Counted from the first letter of the stretch, positions 12,722 through 27,126 are shown. The stretch: 64,000 nucleotides of DNA from Tubiluchus corallicola (GCA_030141605.1 JAQGDQ010000619.1:62609-126608); one strand, 5' to 3'. The notes: generated by a model not told the origin, from the letters alone. A program made the numbers and translations.

Positions 12722-13310
12722 AGAGTGACAACTTGTGACGCAGTGACATCACTGTGACAACTTGTGACACAGTGACATCACATTGACAACTTGTGACACA
12801 GTGACATCACAGTGACAACTTGTGACACAGTGACATCACAGTGACAACTTGTGACGCAGTGACATCACAGTGACAACTTGTGACACAGTGACATCACAGT
12901 GACAACTTGTGATACAGTGACATCACAGTGACAACTTGTGACACAGTGACATCACAGTGAGAACTTGTGACACAGTTACATCACAGTGACAACTTGTGGC
13001 ATAGTGACATCACAGTGAAAACTTGTAATACAGTGACGTCACAGTGACAACTTGTGACACAGTGACATCACAGTGACATCATTCAAATCAATCGACTGTC
13101 AATATTAACTTCTGAGACTTATAAGAGAGAAACAAATCTCCTCTTGTGACACAGTGTGACAACTTGTGATGCAGTGACATCACAGTGACCACTTCTGACA
13201 CAGTGACATCACAGTGACAGCTTGTGACATAGTGACATCATTCAAATCAATCGACTGTCAATATTTACTTCGTTCTGAGACCTATAAGAGAGAAACAAAT
13301 CTCCTCCCTC
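12722..13310. repeat. Minisatellite, 29-bp unit built from GTGACA sub-repeats, plus duplicated flank
   Basis: Unit CAGTGACAACTTGTGACACAGTGACATCA. The flank ATTCAAATCAATCGACTGTC... occurs at 13081 and 13240. Confidence 0.9.
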
Positions 13311-14055
13311 CTCCCACGTCCGCCACCGGGATTTAGAGATATTTTCTATAAATTGAAACGAGAATTTTGAATTGTGAGATACTGATTTTCTAGTACGTAG
13401 ACATTTTTAATTTTGATAGCGCTTCAAAAATCGCATGTCACGTGATTTTTTTTGTTTACTAACGAAGAACTGCAATTCTTTGGAAAACTGAAAATCTAAA
13501 CAGGGTGTTACCTAATCAAGTTGGTGGGGCTTTCCTGGGTACCGGGCACCTATAGTTTTTTCTCGATAGACATTCTGAAGGCCTTTCTTAAAAGCAAATG
13601 CGTGTATTTTTCTGATCACCCAGTATTAAGTTCACCTGACACTTGCTCTTGTATTTTATCGCTCTCATTACCAGCAGTTCACACTGTGAAATCGCTTCCC
13701 TCTATCACAGCTGAATACCTTGGCTATAGATTTTCTACTTTTTCTCGCTTCACTGACGTGATTAACCCTCTCACCCTTGAACTCTAATTACGTCATTTAC
13801 CGCTATTTACTGACGGTGTGCAACAGCCTTTTGTGAGCAGCGGTTTCCACGAAAACTCATTTATAAACGTGTCTTAGTAAGACAAGTTAACGGTTTTCTT
13901 GTAGCTTTTAAACGGCTTTTAATTTTGTAAGAATCGTAGATGCTTAAAATGAATCACGTCTTTTACTTTCGCTTGCTAGTTTATCATTTGCTGTTTGACT
14001 TTAGGACTTTACTAAATCAGAAACAACTGTTAATGATGTACGAACCCACAATTAA

Positions 14056-14513
14056 CCCTTTCATACCCGTTGTATCCCGTGGGATACGAGAATATTTTCT
14101 GCCTTTAAAATTAATAAAATTTTAAAAGTGACAGTTATTTGATCTGTTAATAGTTATTTTGCTTTAAGCCAATAACAATAGACTAAAATGGTGATAAAAT
14201 GGCAAACTAGAAAATCTACATAGCATAAAAAACTGTGCAAGGTACAGTACTTTAGAGACGACTTTGTACAGATCAGCATAGCATGCATACTAAATGTCTT
14301 AAATACTTTAAAAGATTATCAACAGTTGCAAAATGAAGCACATTTTATGCTTCTATTGAATGTCAATGTATCCCGTGGGATACAGGCTATATTTAGCACA
14401 CCGGCACAGGTTAGAAAAAAAGTTTTTATGTGTAAACAAGATGGACATACTGAACAAAAGTACCAAGCCAAAACATTTTTTCTTATTAAAAAAATAATTT
14501 GGGACTGAAAGGG
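14056..14513. mobile_element. piggyBac-like MITE
   Basis: TTAA TSD at 14052-14055 and 14514-14517. TIRs CCCTTTCATACCC / rc CCCTTTCAGTCCC. Internal near-palindrome GTATCCCGTGGGATAC occurs twice. Confidence 0.75.
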
Positions 14514-14555
14514 TTAATTAAATTTGGATTGCTTTAATTAATTAGTTGCAACATA

Positions 14556-14620
14556 GACTAGAATTGAACCAGAGACCTTCTGTTTACAAAGCAGACGCCT
14601 TAGACCACTAGATCACCATA
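14556..14620 (-). pseudogene. tRNA-like sequence (Thr-UGU-like pseudogene or SINE head)
   Basis: Reverse complement reads TAGTGGTCTAAGGCGTCTGCTTTGTAAACAGAAGGTCTCTGGTTCAATTCT, with A box, TGT anticodon loop and B box. No intact acceptor stem. Confidence 0.5.
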
Positions 14621-14967
14621 TTCCCCTGTGACCAAGGCAATCAAAAGTTCACCCAATGACCACTTGATCGAGCCGTTTCCTCTTGTAAGCAAAATGTCCC
14701 TAATTCACATCCCTGAATCTCAACTTGATCTGTTTTGTCATTTTGGTATCTATATTTAGTTATGAGTTTATACTATTATTAATTCAAATTTTGACAGTAG
14801 ATTATAATAATTAAGAAAGAGTGTAATATACCAACAGTTCAACATCTTTTTGCACATCATATAAAACGGTTAAGAGTTTTATCAATTTCATCCCAAATTC
14901 AAGTGAAGCATCCCAGTATGAAACTATCACCTAATAGGGTGGAATTAAAACTACCCGGGTTCACTTT

Positions 14968-15520
14968 ATGTGTTGATAGTTTGACAAAGCGAGTTGAGAA
15001 AAACTTTGTTTGTTGACAGTTTGACAAAGCGAATTGAGAAAAACTTAATTTGTTGAGAGTTTGACAAAGCGAGTTGAGAAAAACTTAATATGTTGACAGT
15101 TTGACAAAGCGAGTGTGAAAAACTGAATTTGTTGACAGTTTGACAAAGCGAGTAGAGAAAAACTAAAGTTTGACAGTTTGACAAAGCGAGATGAGAAAAA
15201 CTCAACTTTGACAGTTTCACAAAGCGAGTTGAGAAAAACTAAACTTTGACAGTTTGACAAAGCGAGTGTGAAAAACTGAATTTGTTGACAGTTTGACAAA
15301 GCGAGTTGAGAAAAACTTAATTTGTTGACAGTTTGAGAAAGCGAGTTGAGAAAAACTAAACTTTGACAATTTGACAAAGCGAGTTGAGAAAAACTAAACT
15401 TTGACAATTTGACAAAGCGAGTTGAGAAAAACTAAACTTTGACAATTTGACAAAGCGAGTTGAGAAAAACTAAACTTTGACAGTTTCACAAAGCGAGTTG
15501 AGCAAAACTAAACTTTAACA
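14968..15520. repeat. Minisatellite, ~37-41-bp unit
   Basis: TTGACAGTTTGACAAAGCGAGTTGAGAAAAACT... repeated about 14 times. Confidence 0.9.
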
Positions 15521-15829
15521 TCACAGGTGTAGTGAGTCACCTTGACTATTATAGAATTTGGAGTCTGCATTAAATCTTTCCTATTTGATTCACAACAATA
15601 ACATTTCCGCTCATCATCCAATTAAAGAGAAGTTTTACACCATTCTCCGGCAATCATTGTCTCCCCTTCTGTTAAAACCCGAACCACGAACGTTTTGATT
15701 ACCCAGAAAAAGCTCTAGTGTAAATGTATTTGATACAGTTCACTGGGTGGACATTTTGTTTCTTCTGACTCAAAATATTCGTGTAAAAATTGCAGACAAA
15801 TGTTGAGCTAAGAGCTAAGAGATCCATTC

Positions 15830-16185
15830 TGTTCAGTTTCTCCTCTATTGAGTTTTTTATTTCATCTATTTCTTCTTTGTTTCTTGTAATCCATGCCACA
15901 TCATCAGCATGCTGCATAGATGTAGTAGTTGACTTACTTTGTAGAGAGCTGTAACTGTGTTCTTGTCTTACTTCATTCGGTATTAATTCAGAATCAGTAG
16001 TTGTGATCTTCTACGTCTTTCAATGGTATAACTTTGTCATCAGTGAGAGCTATGGCAAGATATAAAGTGGACAGTACAGGGCTTAGGCGTTCACCCTGAG
16101 GTACTCCTTTGTCTGTAGAAAACGGCTTACTCAATTTCCCTTCACACCTGACTTGAATTAATAAATTTTCTAACATTATATTAGA
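15830..16185 (-). mobile_element. Reverse transcriptase fragment of a Proto2-like LINE (disrupted)
   Basis: KGVPQGERLSPVLSTLYL (RT PQG motif), a DHNY-containing insert and QHADDVAW (degenerate YADD). In-frame stop and frame disruption. Confidence 0.8.
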
Positions 16186-17138
16186 AATGTTATAAATGTC
16201 TGGAAATCGTGTGGGTCCTTCATCTGAGTGTTAAACACCCATGTTGCAGTGTGCCAACGTGTTTTTAATTTTGCAAAGATTGTGAAACAATTCTTTGCGC
16301 GATGGCCCGGCGGAGCAGTGATTACACCGACCCATGTCGTTAGCCCAATTACACGTTCCGTAATCTTTAAATTGAAAACTTTCTCAGGATAATGGGAGGA
16401 AAGATTGTGTTGTGTGTGTTTTAGGCAACATCGCCGTACGTCCGCGTGACAAGCTTAATTTGAGAGCTTATCGTCTCAACCTTTTCTTCTGGTAAAGTAC
16501 TTTGAACTCTCTAAACTTGGGTGGCGCTGGTGCAGAAACAATGCAGAGGATGGGAAGGAAAACAACAGCGAGCTAAAACAAGAGTTGCTTAACTTGCCCT
16601 CGCTCTTTGAAATAAGCTTCTCAATGAACTTCATCCTATAACCGCCAGGGGTCAACGCACGCCTGACTAGAAAAAACATGGCGAACAAAAGATGGAATGC
16701 TGCGCTTGGTTATGTCTGCAGATTTACTGATATGGGAGTGATACTGAGGGAGATTTATATCTTCTGTACACACGTTTGATTGACAAGGGGAACATCTTCA
16801 GATTCCCGTTTGAATGGACACCTTTCAGGGATAACTCCTTCATGATCCTGTTTTCACTAATTCCTTCTTCTTGCTATAGAATTTCACGGCGTCGAAAAAT
16901 AAGTCAGAGATAATTATGAAAACCTGATAATATGATTACTGTTATAAATACATAACGAAATAACATGAATTGTTGTATGAGTGAGTGAAAGCTTAAAGGA
17001 GTGAATGAATGAATGAATGAATGAACGAACGAACGAACGAACGAAGTTTCACCTACTAATGTTTGCAAAATGTGGCGGAACTTATTTGATGAATGGAGAT
17101 GTTTTTTCACTAAATCACCTATTTGTTATTAATGGCGT

Positions 17139-17456
17139 GATTGTTCAGTACCTGCTAAATCTTTTGCCTTAGTGAAAATTTTTAAGAGTATTTCATTTTT
17201 GCATACAAGGCCATTAATTTGCGATTAACATCTCATCCCTGCTAGCCACTGGTCACTGTTTGGGTTTAGCTCATTTCGTGTTTAGTAAAATGACCTAAGA
17301 TTGTTCAGTACCTGCTAAATCTTCTGTCTTAGTGAAAATTTTTGAGAGTATTTCATTTTTGCATACAAGGCCATTAATATGCGATTAACATCTCATCTCT
17401 GCTAGCCACTGGTCACTGTTTGGGTTTAGCTCATTTCGTGTTTAGTAAAATGACCC
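17139..17456. repeat. Direct tandem duplication, ~160 bp x2
   Basis: GATTGTTCAGTACCTGCTAAATCTT... at about 17139 and 17299. Confidence 0.85.
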
Positions 17457-17811
17457 ATGATTACAAGCACAAAAGTATTTACTGACAAAGCACTTGTTGT
17501 TTTGATGTTTCCTAGTGGTTTTCACTAATCTGAAAATGAAAATGCGCTTCATGCGACGATGATAATGACTGCAATGGTGTCTGCTCTTGAATCGACTGGA
17601 TTTTATGTAAACCTGTAAGCTTTCTACAGCCTTTTCCATTTAAATAGCTGCTGCCCCTGAACGAACGGTTAATTACATGTAATTACACGAAGTGTGAGAT
17701 TAACACATTCCTGGCAATATTTTCCACTGAGGATTCCACGTTATTAGTGACAAATTAATGCTGTTAATGTTTGTTAATTGTACCAATCCGCGGAAAATTT
17801 TGTAAACTTAC

Positions 17812-19554
17812 CTTGTGAAATGGAACGGCTTTATCTGCCTTTAGAAGCTTCTGTAGTTGCAACTTGCTGCTCGGAATTGGCTCGTCCGAAGAGACTTCGA
17901 ACACCGGAAGCACGTAGACCCTCTTCCGGGTAGATTTGCCCTGTAATCGATCAGTCATTTCAAAGAATTTGTCTGTAAGGTTTGGCGTCGGTTTCAATTC
18001 GATGTCAATCAGCAATACGCGCTGAGAACTGACGGCCAACCGGGCCGCATTCCGACCCACATTTACAGGATAGTTCCCGAATTTCTCCATGTTGGGACCT
18101 CCTTTGAGCGGGAAGGATATGTTCCGGCACGGTATTCTGTCAGAATTCGTCCTGTTAACGGTAAAAGGGGCGGCGTGATTAGGGTAGAATAGGGAGAATG
18201 TTACCTGTCGTGCCACAGACGTATGACACCGTCGTACCTGGTTAATGGTGTCAATGACAATATCATAACTATCACCTGGTGTGAACAAAGCTGCTGATAT
18301 TGGCCCACTAAAACGATCTGTCAGATCTATCAAGTGATGGACGTACTCCCACGAACCCTGGGTTGCTATGGTGATAGTCCTGTTATAGGGAAATTTGCCC
18401 GTCCTGTTTACAAAATGAATCACTTTTGAATAGTACATCGTTTTCTTCGTGGCATCTTCGTAGCACTTGGTCAGTATCGGCTCGAGAAACTTGACCGTTT
18501 GGACATTTTCTGGTGTGACAAAGTCTGTGACATTTGCAGTGACTGTTGCTTTCTCGCCACCAGATTTGAACTTCAGAACTTCTGCTGCAATTTCTTTCTT
18601 AGTTTTTGTTCCATTTACCACATACTTTCCCATCGATCCGTGCATCACGATGTTGCTGATGTTGCTGCCATAAGATTTCAGTTTGTCCACGTAGCTTTCT
18701 AGCGTTTCTTTCGGCATGTCTTCATCATTCTTTTTCAAACGTTGGGATATTTCAATATTTGGATCTTCTGTATAATCAAGACTTTTATCAACCTTTTTAT
18801 GTTCAACAACTGGTGGTCGGCTAGGCGGTGGACTCGATTTAATTGGTGACATTGAAGAGCTCTGTACAGATCTCTTTATCAGGTTGCTTTTCGTTGGTAA
18901 TTCATCAGGTGTGTTGTTTGACGTTTTTGGTATGTCATCTTTGACAGCAATGTAGAGAACTGGCACTATTGGGTTTGACTTGGCTTCATTTTTTGATTTT
19001 TTGGTCACGGGGGAATCTGAGACAGCATAGACCGACACAGCTTCATTCTCGGCTGATTTGCGATCTTTTTCGCTGGACGAAATACCGCTTTTTTCAACAG
19101 TCCCTCCGCTAGGTTTCTCTTTAAACTCCGTCATTTCCTCTTCTTCATCGCCATTGCTGTTTGTTCCATTTGTCTGTAAACTAGGATTACCCGGATCGAC
19201 AGCACCATCGTCAAAAGGTGCCCCAACTTGTCCAACTGATGCAGGTGTCCGGTTGCTCTTTGCTGCAGTTGTTGTGAGAGTTTTTGACTTTGATGCTTGA
19301 TAAAACCCGCTGACTTCATTAGACAGTATGATGTACTCGTTGTCTACCAGACTTCGTTGAACCTCGAGTTTGATTAAAACATTATTTGAAGAAGCTAGTT
19401 GATAATACGCAGTTGCCACTAGTAATAGAGACATGCACGTCATGACTATCAGTAGTTTGTTACGACGGCAGTTTCGTCCGATTATTGGAATCCTTGAGAA
19501 CCACATGTTAACGGAACTAAACGTATCTTTACAGAAGTGCCAGAAATGTGACAT
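17812..19554 (-). CDS. B4GAT1: B4GAT1-like (beta-1,4-glucuronyltransferase 1 / GT49 family) type II membrane glycosyltransferase, large first coding exon
   Basis: N-terminal TM segment (LLIVMTCMSLLLVATAYY) and long S/T/K/E-rich stem, then GT49 motifs ITIATQ, GPISAALF, YPVNVGRNAAR, LIDIEL (DxD-like), VYVLPVFEV and AVPFHK. Donor AAG|gtaagt at 17812/17811; the ORF tail 17764-17811 is intronic read-through. Confidence 0.9.
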
Positions 19555-22500
19555 AAGTTATACAGAATATCTCACCGAGGACAGATCTAACGCCTTCCGA
19601 GGCATCAGCTGATACTTTCCATCTAAGTTCTTTTTCTCATGTTTGCCATCTATATCATTTTTTCACAGTTTCTGCTTCCAGAAGAAGTTCCACGTTTTCA
19701 CCGCTCACGTGTGACTCCTTGAGAGTAACTCGCTCAAGTTTTTGCTCAATGACAGCGACCAGTTTCAGATGGGTAGCAATGTATGTCAGTGGCCATAGCA
19801 CTTTCACTATCACACGCACAACTTTCACTGACAGCAGCCGAACACAGAATGCATAGTAGTCGCCGTCACGGTTTGATCATCACAATCAGTGAACCTGGTG
19901 AAACGCTCAAGGCTCCACTAATGTGACAAGCCTCAAACTTTTGGAATAGATAGTTCACTCATCCGTGCGTTTCATGGCATACACAAGCTCTGCCCTCCAG
20001 GATAATATTCAGGCTGGCGTGTAGAGTAGACATGCAAACCTAGGAGGGAGAACTTGGATTGTTTACCTGCGAATAGTGAAGTTTCTTAGTCATAAGTCAT
20101 TTATTTCACCTTACACATTTACAATAGTTTCATGTACAATATCTAGTGAAAGGGCCTACAATGGATATAATACAAATAAGAAATACTGCACAGGAAAAGC
20201 CTCAAACACTGTTCACTTATATACGAAGGTAAATGTGTTGCGGGCAATCAAAAAGTAGGGCTTGTTAGATTGTCCCACACAGTGATAGAAAAAAAAGTAA
20301 TGGAGATAATCTGAAATTTTATTAAAGTGAATCGTGATAAAAAACATTAGTGCTTAAAATGGAATGATGTAATGAATGAAGCTCATATATGGGATGATAT
20401 AAAAGATAGAAAGACTATTATTTGTTAATAGTATGTAAATAGTTCTTGTTTTGATTAATTTGATTTAAGTCTTTATTGCAAACTCTAGGTCCACATATAC
20501 AAAAACGAAAGATACATACAACATTTATAAATACTTACAATCATGACTTAGTTAGTGACACACAAAGTAAATGAATGAATAAACTATAAAAAGTGCATCG
20601 GCAAGGTATTACCGAAAACAATAAAGAAGTTCTATCCATTTCTTTCTATTGGAGGAAGTAAAAATGCATCACATTCACTTAAGTGCTCACAAATATCATT
20701 CTCACTAATAACAAAGACTACGTACACACTTTTTATTGATAACATCGAAGAATCTAATATTGACATTTATAATGTCTTATACGTCCGCTTTTACTTAACG
20801 TAACAGCCAAGTAAAAATAATATTTCAAAAGTATTGAAAGTAACACAGTTTCATAATGGTAATCACCTGCATTCTTTTTCCACAGTAATCTTAATAAAAC
20901 GTGACTATGCTCAACAGGTTACTGAACACTTTATAATCATGATCACAGTTTTTCTTAGTTCTCGCTCCATTTCATCTTTCATTCACTACTCCCCCCCCAC
21001 TTTTATGCTTATATTATTATTATTTCAATTATTAATCACTTCTTTAAGATTTCCACGTACAGTTTGGCCTGTCAAGCTATGCTTTTAGGCTCAAACTGTG
21101 TTTCAAAATTACTCTGTAATGTAATTTGCACATGTATATGCTGCGTAAGAATCTCTTTTGTAAATCTTACAAACCTTCAACGTTCCCAAGTCGTGACTCC
21201 CTACAGGCTCTTGTGTCCTGTTGAGTGCATTCTCATCCTGCTCATTTGTATTCTGGACATCAATTAAGCAGTTCCTATTGTCCCCCACAGCCACGTCTTA
21301 CAGCAGGTAGCTAAACAGGGTTAATTATAAGTACCGAGATGTACAAGCAAGTAGACGATATAATTGCATAGGAACTGGTTCCGTGAATGGGAGCCATACG
21401 TGTTCATCATGCTTTTATGTAACTAGTATTCTTTGTCGCTTAGTCGAGAGAGACAGAACCTCCGTAACTGAAGCGCCCCATCCTCGGCAGAGAGACGGAT
21501 AGATGAAAAGACACATTCCCGTATAAGATTATTGGTCAAGGTCCTCGCATTCGAGGTCGGTAGGGGCATTATCCGATGTTGACCAGTGGTCAATGCAGCT
21601 TGGCGATTAACGGTGGGCGGGAAGAACGGGTTAAAGAAAATATTCGTCAATGACAACTTTGGATTAAGCTGCCCTGCTGGTGTTTTTCATGGATTTCGTG
21701 AATGACCACTGTGATGTTTTCAATGCCACTGGTCATTGGTCATTACTTTAGTATTTCAAGGATCACAATGCTAACCGTGCAGTCAACGTTGAAGTTAATG
21801 TTTAGAATAACTGATCTGAAATTTATCGTTCAATTTCATTTTTTCCGTTATCCTACCGGATGTTATTCGTCTTGAAAATTCAATTCAATTTCAATTCAAA
21901 TTCAATTTATTTATCTCTTTATAGTGTAAATGAATCTCTAATAAATTTTGAAAAATAGTTAAATATATAGATCTAGAACTAGAGAAAGGTTAGCGAAAAG
22001 ACTATAAAGTCACCTAGTCTGCTATCCTTTACCGAATATAGATAAAATGATTTTTAGACACTGGTGGGCATTAATGTTATCAGTTTAATTTAGGAAACAT
22101 TAATAATTTTTAAATTATGACATTTGCTATATAATCCAGAGAAAAGAATATACATGTAATTTATTTAGCGGGCAACAAAATAAGGTCAATCTTGATTAAA
22201 CTAAAAATTGCATTTAGATTTTATGTGAAATTCAGGTCAAAATTGTTATGAAATGATAAAAACACTTTGGGTTAATAATGCTATTAATCAGTGATAATAA
22301 ACGATAAACTCAGTCGTGTTGTGGACAAATGATTACAGGTATTAATAAATGCGCATTAGAATTGGAAATGATCAGAATAGAACCATGATCCCCGTGTCTC
22401 CTGCAGTCCTTGTTTTGTTGCAGATCATCTCAAACCGATCTTGCTCATGAGAAACGCAGGGGAGGGGGAGCGTTTGCTTTCCTCTTTTGTTCAAAACAGT

Positions 22501-22933
22501 GTGTAGAACTACGTCTGTATTTACATTTACCAGTCTCATCAGTACCAGCAATACAGCCAGTGGCTCGCGTCTTCAAGCAAAACTTCAAACACAACCTCTT
22601 TTGAGATGCTTGATTAAATTCTGTTTTCTGAGACTTCAATAACAAATTCATCAGTTATGACATTAAGTATATATTTCAGTGAACACAAGAAAGACAACTA
22701 TCAAAAAAGACAACTATCTTAAAAATTAGATACATGATGTATTATAATGTGTTACATTTACGTCTTCAAGAAGGTAGAAAATGTTGAAATGCAGAAAAAC
22801 GCAACACAAAGAAAAGACAACTATACTCTAGACTTCTCTTGAATTTTTTTTACGAAAATTAGATCAAAAAATTCTTGTATCGTGGTTTTGAACAAGCAAG
22901 ATTTCCTGATTCAAGATGTGTTTAATAAAAAAA

Positions 22934-23376
<443 letters not shown>

Positions 23377-24034
23377 TTCAAATGTTAATAAAATGCGCAA
23401 TGTGTTTCATACGTAGAACGTGGTATGTATGAAGCGTCATAACATCATACCACCTACAATTTTCCTCGCTCGAAACATTCTGAAAACGTTTTATGCATGT
23501 TTTGTGTGGTACAATGTTAAACGATTCAAAGCTACATTAGCTACATATTTTTACTTCATTCTGGGCTATTACGCGTATTGTAACAAGTGCAAAACTTTGT
23601 ATTTTTTTTCGCAAAATTGATGTCAGGCTTGTCGTTTTTTCGCTTCACCAGGCGCCTGTAATCCATAAAAGTGTAAATCGGTCAAATATCGCGGTACGTG
23701 TGATTTCTGTAACTAACTTCGTAGCAGCATAACATTTAATTAAGCTTAACTCTTTCGTGTTATTTGTGGGTCTCTTAATTTCAATATTTGCTGACACAAT
23801 AAATTATGAGATAAAGCATTCTTTTGACAGTAATTGCTAAATTTCACAAGTACAGTAGATGCGTGTTAAAACGTTTTAAAAAAAATTATTTCTAACTAAC
23901 TGCAAATTGTACATGGTGAGAATTCTCCTCCTTATTGTATGGCGTCTGAAATGTACTTAGATGCTGTACGAAGAATTGGATCTAAAATCTCTATCCTCAC
24001 GAGCTAAGCAAACCTGTAATGGTAGCGAATTCCA

Positions 24035-26182
24035 TTATCTTTATTTGCCATTAAAATACATTGACAATCAGTGAATAAAAACTTTACAGAGATGATCAAT
24101 CAGTGTTAGTTAATAAAAACTTACACTGCTAAAGGCAAATGCGTCAGTGCAATCTAAACTATTGTGCCTGTAATGGAAAGTAACGACGAATAAAATCAAA
24201 CATATTTACAACTATTCACAATTTTTTTTAAAAATTATGATTAACGTAGTATGGCCGTGGATATATAAATTCTGAATTAGTGTATGTGTTGTCGTACTGG
24301 TGTGATGGTATTTCATATCTGGTTAATATTAATGATTTTAATTTTGTTTTTGAATGCTGATAGGGACTTGATTTGTTTATTCTGTAATGGTAGAAAATTC
24401 CAAAGTAGAATTCCAAGGTAGAATTCCAAAGTAGAATTAGAAAGTAAAATTCCAAAGTACATGTAAAATACAATAATAATATAAATATAAGATTAATTAT
24501 CACAACTAACAATGTGTTTAGTACAGTGGCTAGATGAATACGTCGACTAAAACATTAAATAAGATCAACGTACATTAGTAACTTGCAAAAATAATTTTTA
24601 CATACTTTCTAGCTACATGTTAACTACACTAGCATGTTGTAAGTTTCGTTTGCATAAACTACACAAGCAGAACGTATATTTCACGCTTTTTCTTGATTTT
24701 AATTGTGACTAGTTGTTTTCCAGATGTGAGAAGTGACTGTGTTTCAAATAAAGTCAACGATGTCTAGAAATCAAAATTCAAAAATTTTCCAATAATTTTT
24801 GGGCAATAATGTCAAAGACGCTAAGCGAGAAAAACATGCGTGTTAATGTGAACATTATATACCTAATATGGTTGTAATGAACTTCATGAATATGAAAAGC
24901 AAGTGTTCGCGTTGAGCAAAGCAAGCGTACTCCCTTTCTGCCCTTGGTTCTCCATGCTGTAATTTTGTTAAATTGGGGCGCCGAGGCTCATAATTGAAAC
25001 AATTAAAATGCCATTGCTATGACACATTCACTGAAATACCTTCCCTTTCATTTTAATGCTCTTTCATCGAATAATTGAGGGATCTAAGTAAACGAGTCAG
25101 CTGCTGTCAGAATTCGACCGTTGCAGGTGTTTTGTCACTTAAACACGTTTTATAATAAATGTGGGTCTTTATGAGTTGAGTAAGTTGAAAATGAGTAAGG
25201 ACGGTTAGTGTTGAAGGTGACGCTGATTAGGTCCATTATGTCAACTGTTCATAATGCTTTATTGATCATTAGCTCGAGTAAGAAACTTTATTTTTTAATG
25301 GGTTACAAAGTAAGGTGACCTCGCAAAATGTAGGTATATAGAAGTTACAATGGTCACAGTTATTCATATATATTCATATTCATATTCACACCATGTTAGG
25401 TATATAATGTTCACGTTACAAGCATGTTTTTCTCGCTTAGTGTCTTTGACATTATTGCCCAAATATTATTGGAAAATTTTTGAATTTTGATTTCTAGACG
25501 TCGTTGACTTAATTGAAACACAGTCACTTTAACATCTGGAAAACAACTAGTCACAATTAAAATCAAGAAAAAGCGTGAAATGTACGTTCTGCTTGTGTAG
25601 TTTATGCAAACGAAACTTACAACATGCTAGTGTAGTTAACATGTAGCTAGAAAGTATGTAAAAATTATTTTTGCTACTTACTAATGTACGTTGATCTTAT
25701 TTAATGTTTTAATCGATGTATTCATCTAGCCAGTGTACTAAATACATTGTTAGTTGTGATAATTTATGCTATATTTATATTATTATTGTATTTTACATGT
25801 ACTTTGGAATTCTACTTTGGAATTCTCCACCATTGCAGGTTAAACAAATCAAGTCCCTATCAGCATTTAAAACAAAATTAAAATCACTAATATCAACCAG
25901 ATATGAAATACCATCACACCAGTACGACAACATACACACTAATTCAGAATTTATATATCCACGGCCATATTAATTAAATCATAGTTTTTTCATTTTTTAG
26001 TGCATAGTTGTAAATACGTTTGATTTTATTCGTCGTTACTTTCCATTACTGCACAGTAGTTTAGATTGCACTGACGCATTTGCCTTTAGCAGTGTAAGTT
26101 TTTATTAACTAACACTGATTGATCATCTCTGTAAAGTTTTTATCAGTGATTATCAATGTATTTTAATGGCAAATAAAGATTA
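24035..26182. repeat. Long inverted repeat (foldback): arms ~24035-24871 and ~25391-26182, spacer ~520 bp
   Basis: The arms are reverse complements along their whole length with scattered mismatches. The outer half of each arm is a LINE 3' end (...KTKLKSL...EFIYPRPY, 3' UTR, AATAAAGATTA tail). Confidence 0.92.
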
Positions 26183-27126
26183 TTAAAACCTAAAGACTAT
26201 TAAGACTATTATAAGACTATTATTACAATTATATATATTTGTATATAACCTTTACAAACTCAAACTCGAGTTGAAAGCAAACAGACAAATACTTCGGCAG
26301 ATATTCGCATGAATAAAGTGCGTTTACTTAACATTGTGTTTAGTTAAACCTATTTTTCTTCATGAATACGAATGTCTACATATTAAGTTCAACACACCAA
26401 GTAACACTGATGTTACTCCCAAGTGCAAAACAAAGTTTTCCCATCGTTATTGTGATAATTATACCCAGAAAACCACAAGACTTTTACGCGAAATTTAACT
26501 CGGTTCGCTTACACATTGTTCTGTGAATTCTCGATTTCTGACTATATTTTAATTATAAGATTTTCTTCGAACCTGTTCTGCAGTTCGACACTCATAGATA
26601 AAATCTCTATAATCTATGTTTAAAACCCTATTTATAAATGTATCAGCATCTGATATCTTATTTTAATTCTTCTATGTGTGAATTGTAATAAGAGTATTAT
26701 GATGTGTGATTATGCGCTTATCTGGGTTTAATTTAGGGACTTGCAGTAAAGAAATGTTCTCAGAGTTTGATGACCGTTATGACCCTTTCCCTTAGCGTTA
26801 TCCCCATTGCAAACTTTAATTTGTTTGGCTGGAATTAATTCTTTTGGTGACTATAGTCATGAAAGTCCTTTTAATGGTCTCGTATCTTTTGAAGACGTCT
26901 GATACTTCCTGAACGCTATTGTTTGCGCTTGGACATTCTCAAGATCTTGTGCCGTGATAAGATCTGTTTCTTACAGAGATCAGTCATTACCTGTTGCTTT
27001 GAGGTCAGATGGGATATTTGAAAGCTCTGTGAGAGGTTGGACGCAACGCGTATCTCACCACGTGCAAACCTATCTTACATTGTTTCATCTTCATGAGAAC
27101 TTTAAAAAAAACGGTTATCACCGTAT

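Noticed and set aside
14556-14620. Functional tRNA-Thr(UGU)
   Set aside because: No pairable acceptor stem and a mismatch in the anticodon stem. Treated as a pseudogene or SINE head.
17764-17811. C-terminal VSLQNFPRIGTINKH of the 596-aa ORF (similarly the ORF tails at 40540-40579 and 63115-63149)
   Set aside because: Read-through past GT splice donors into introns. For the first two genes homology resumes in the next exon.
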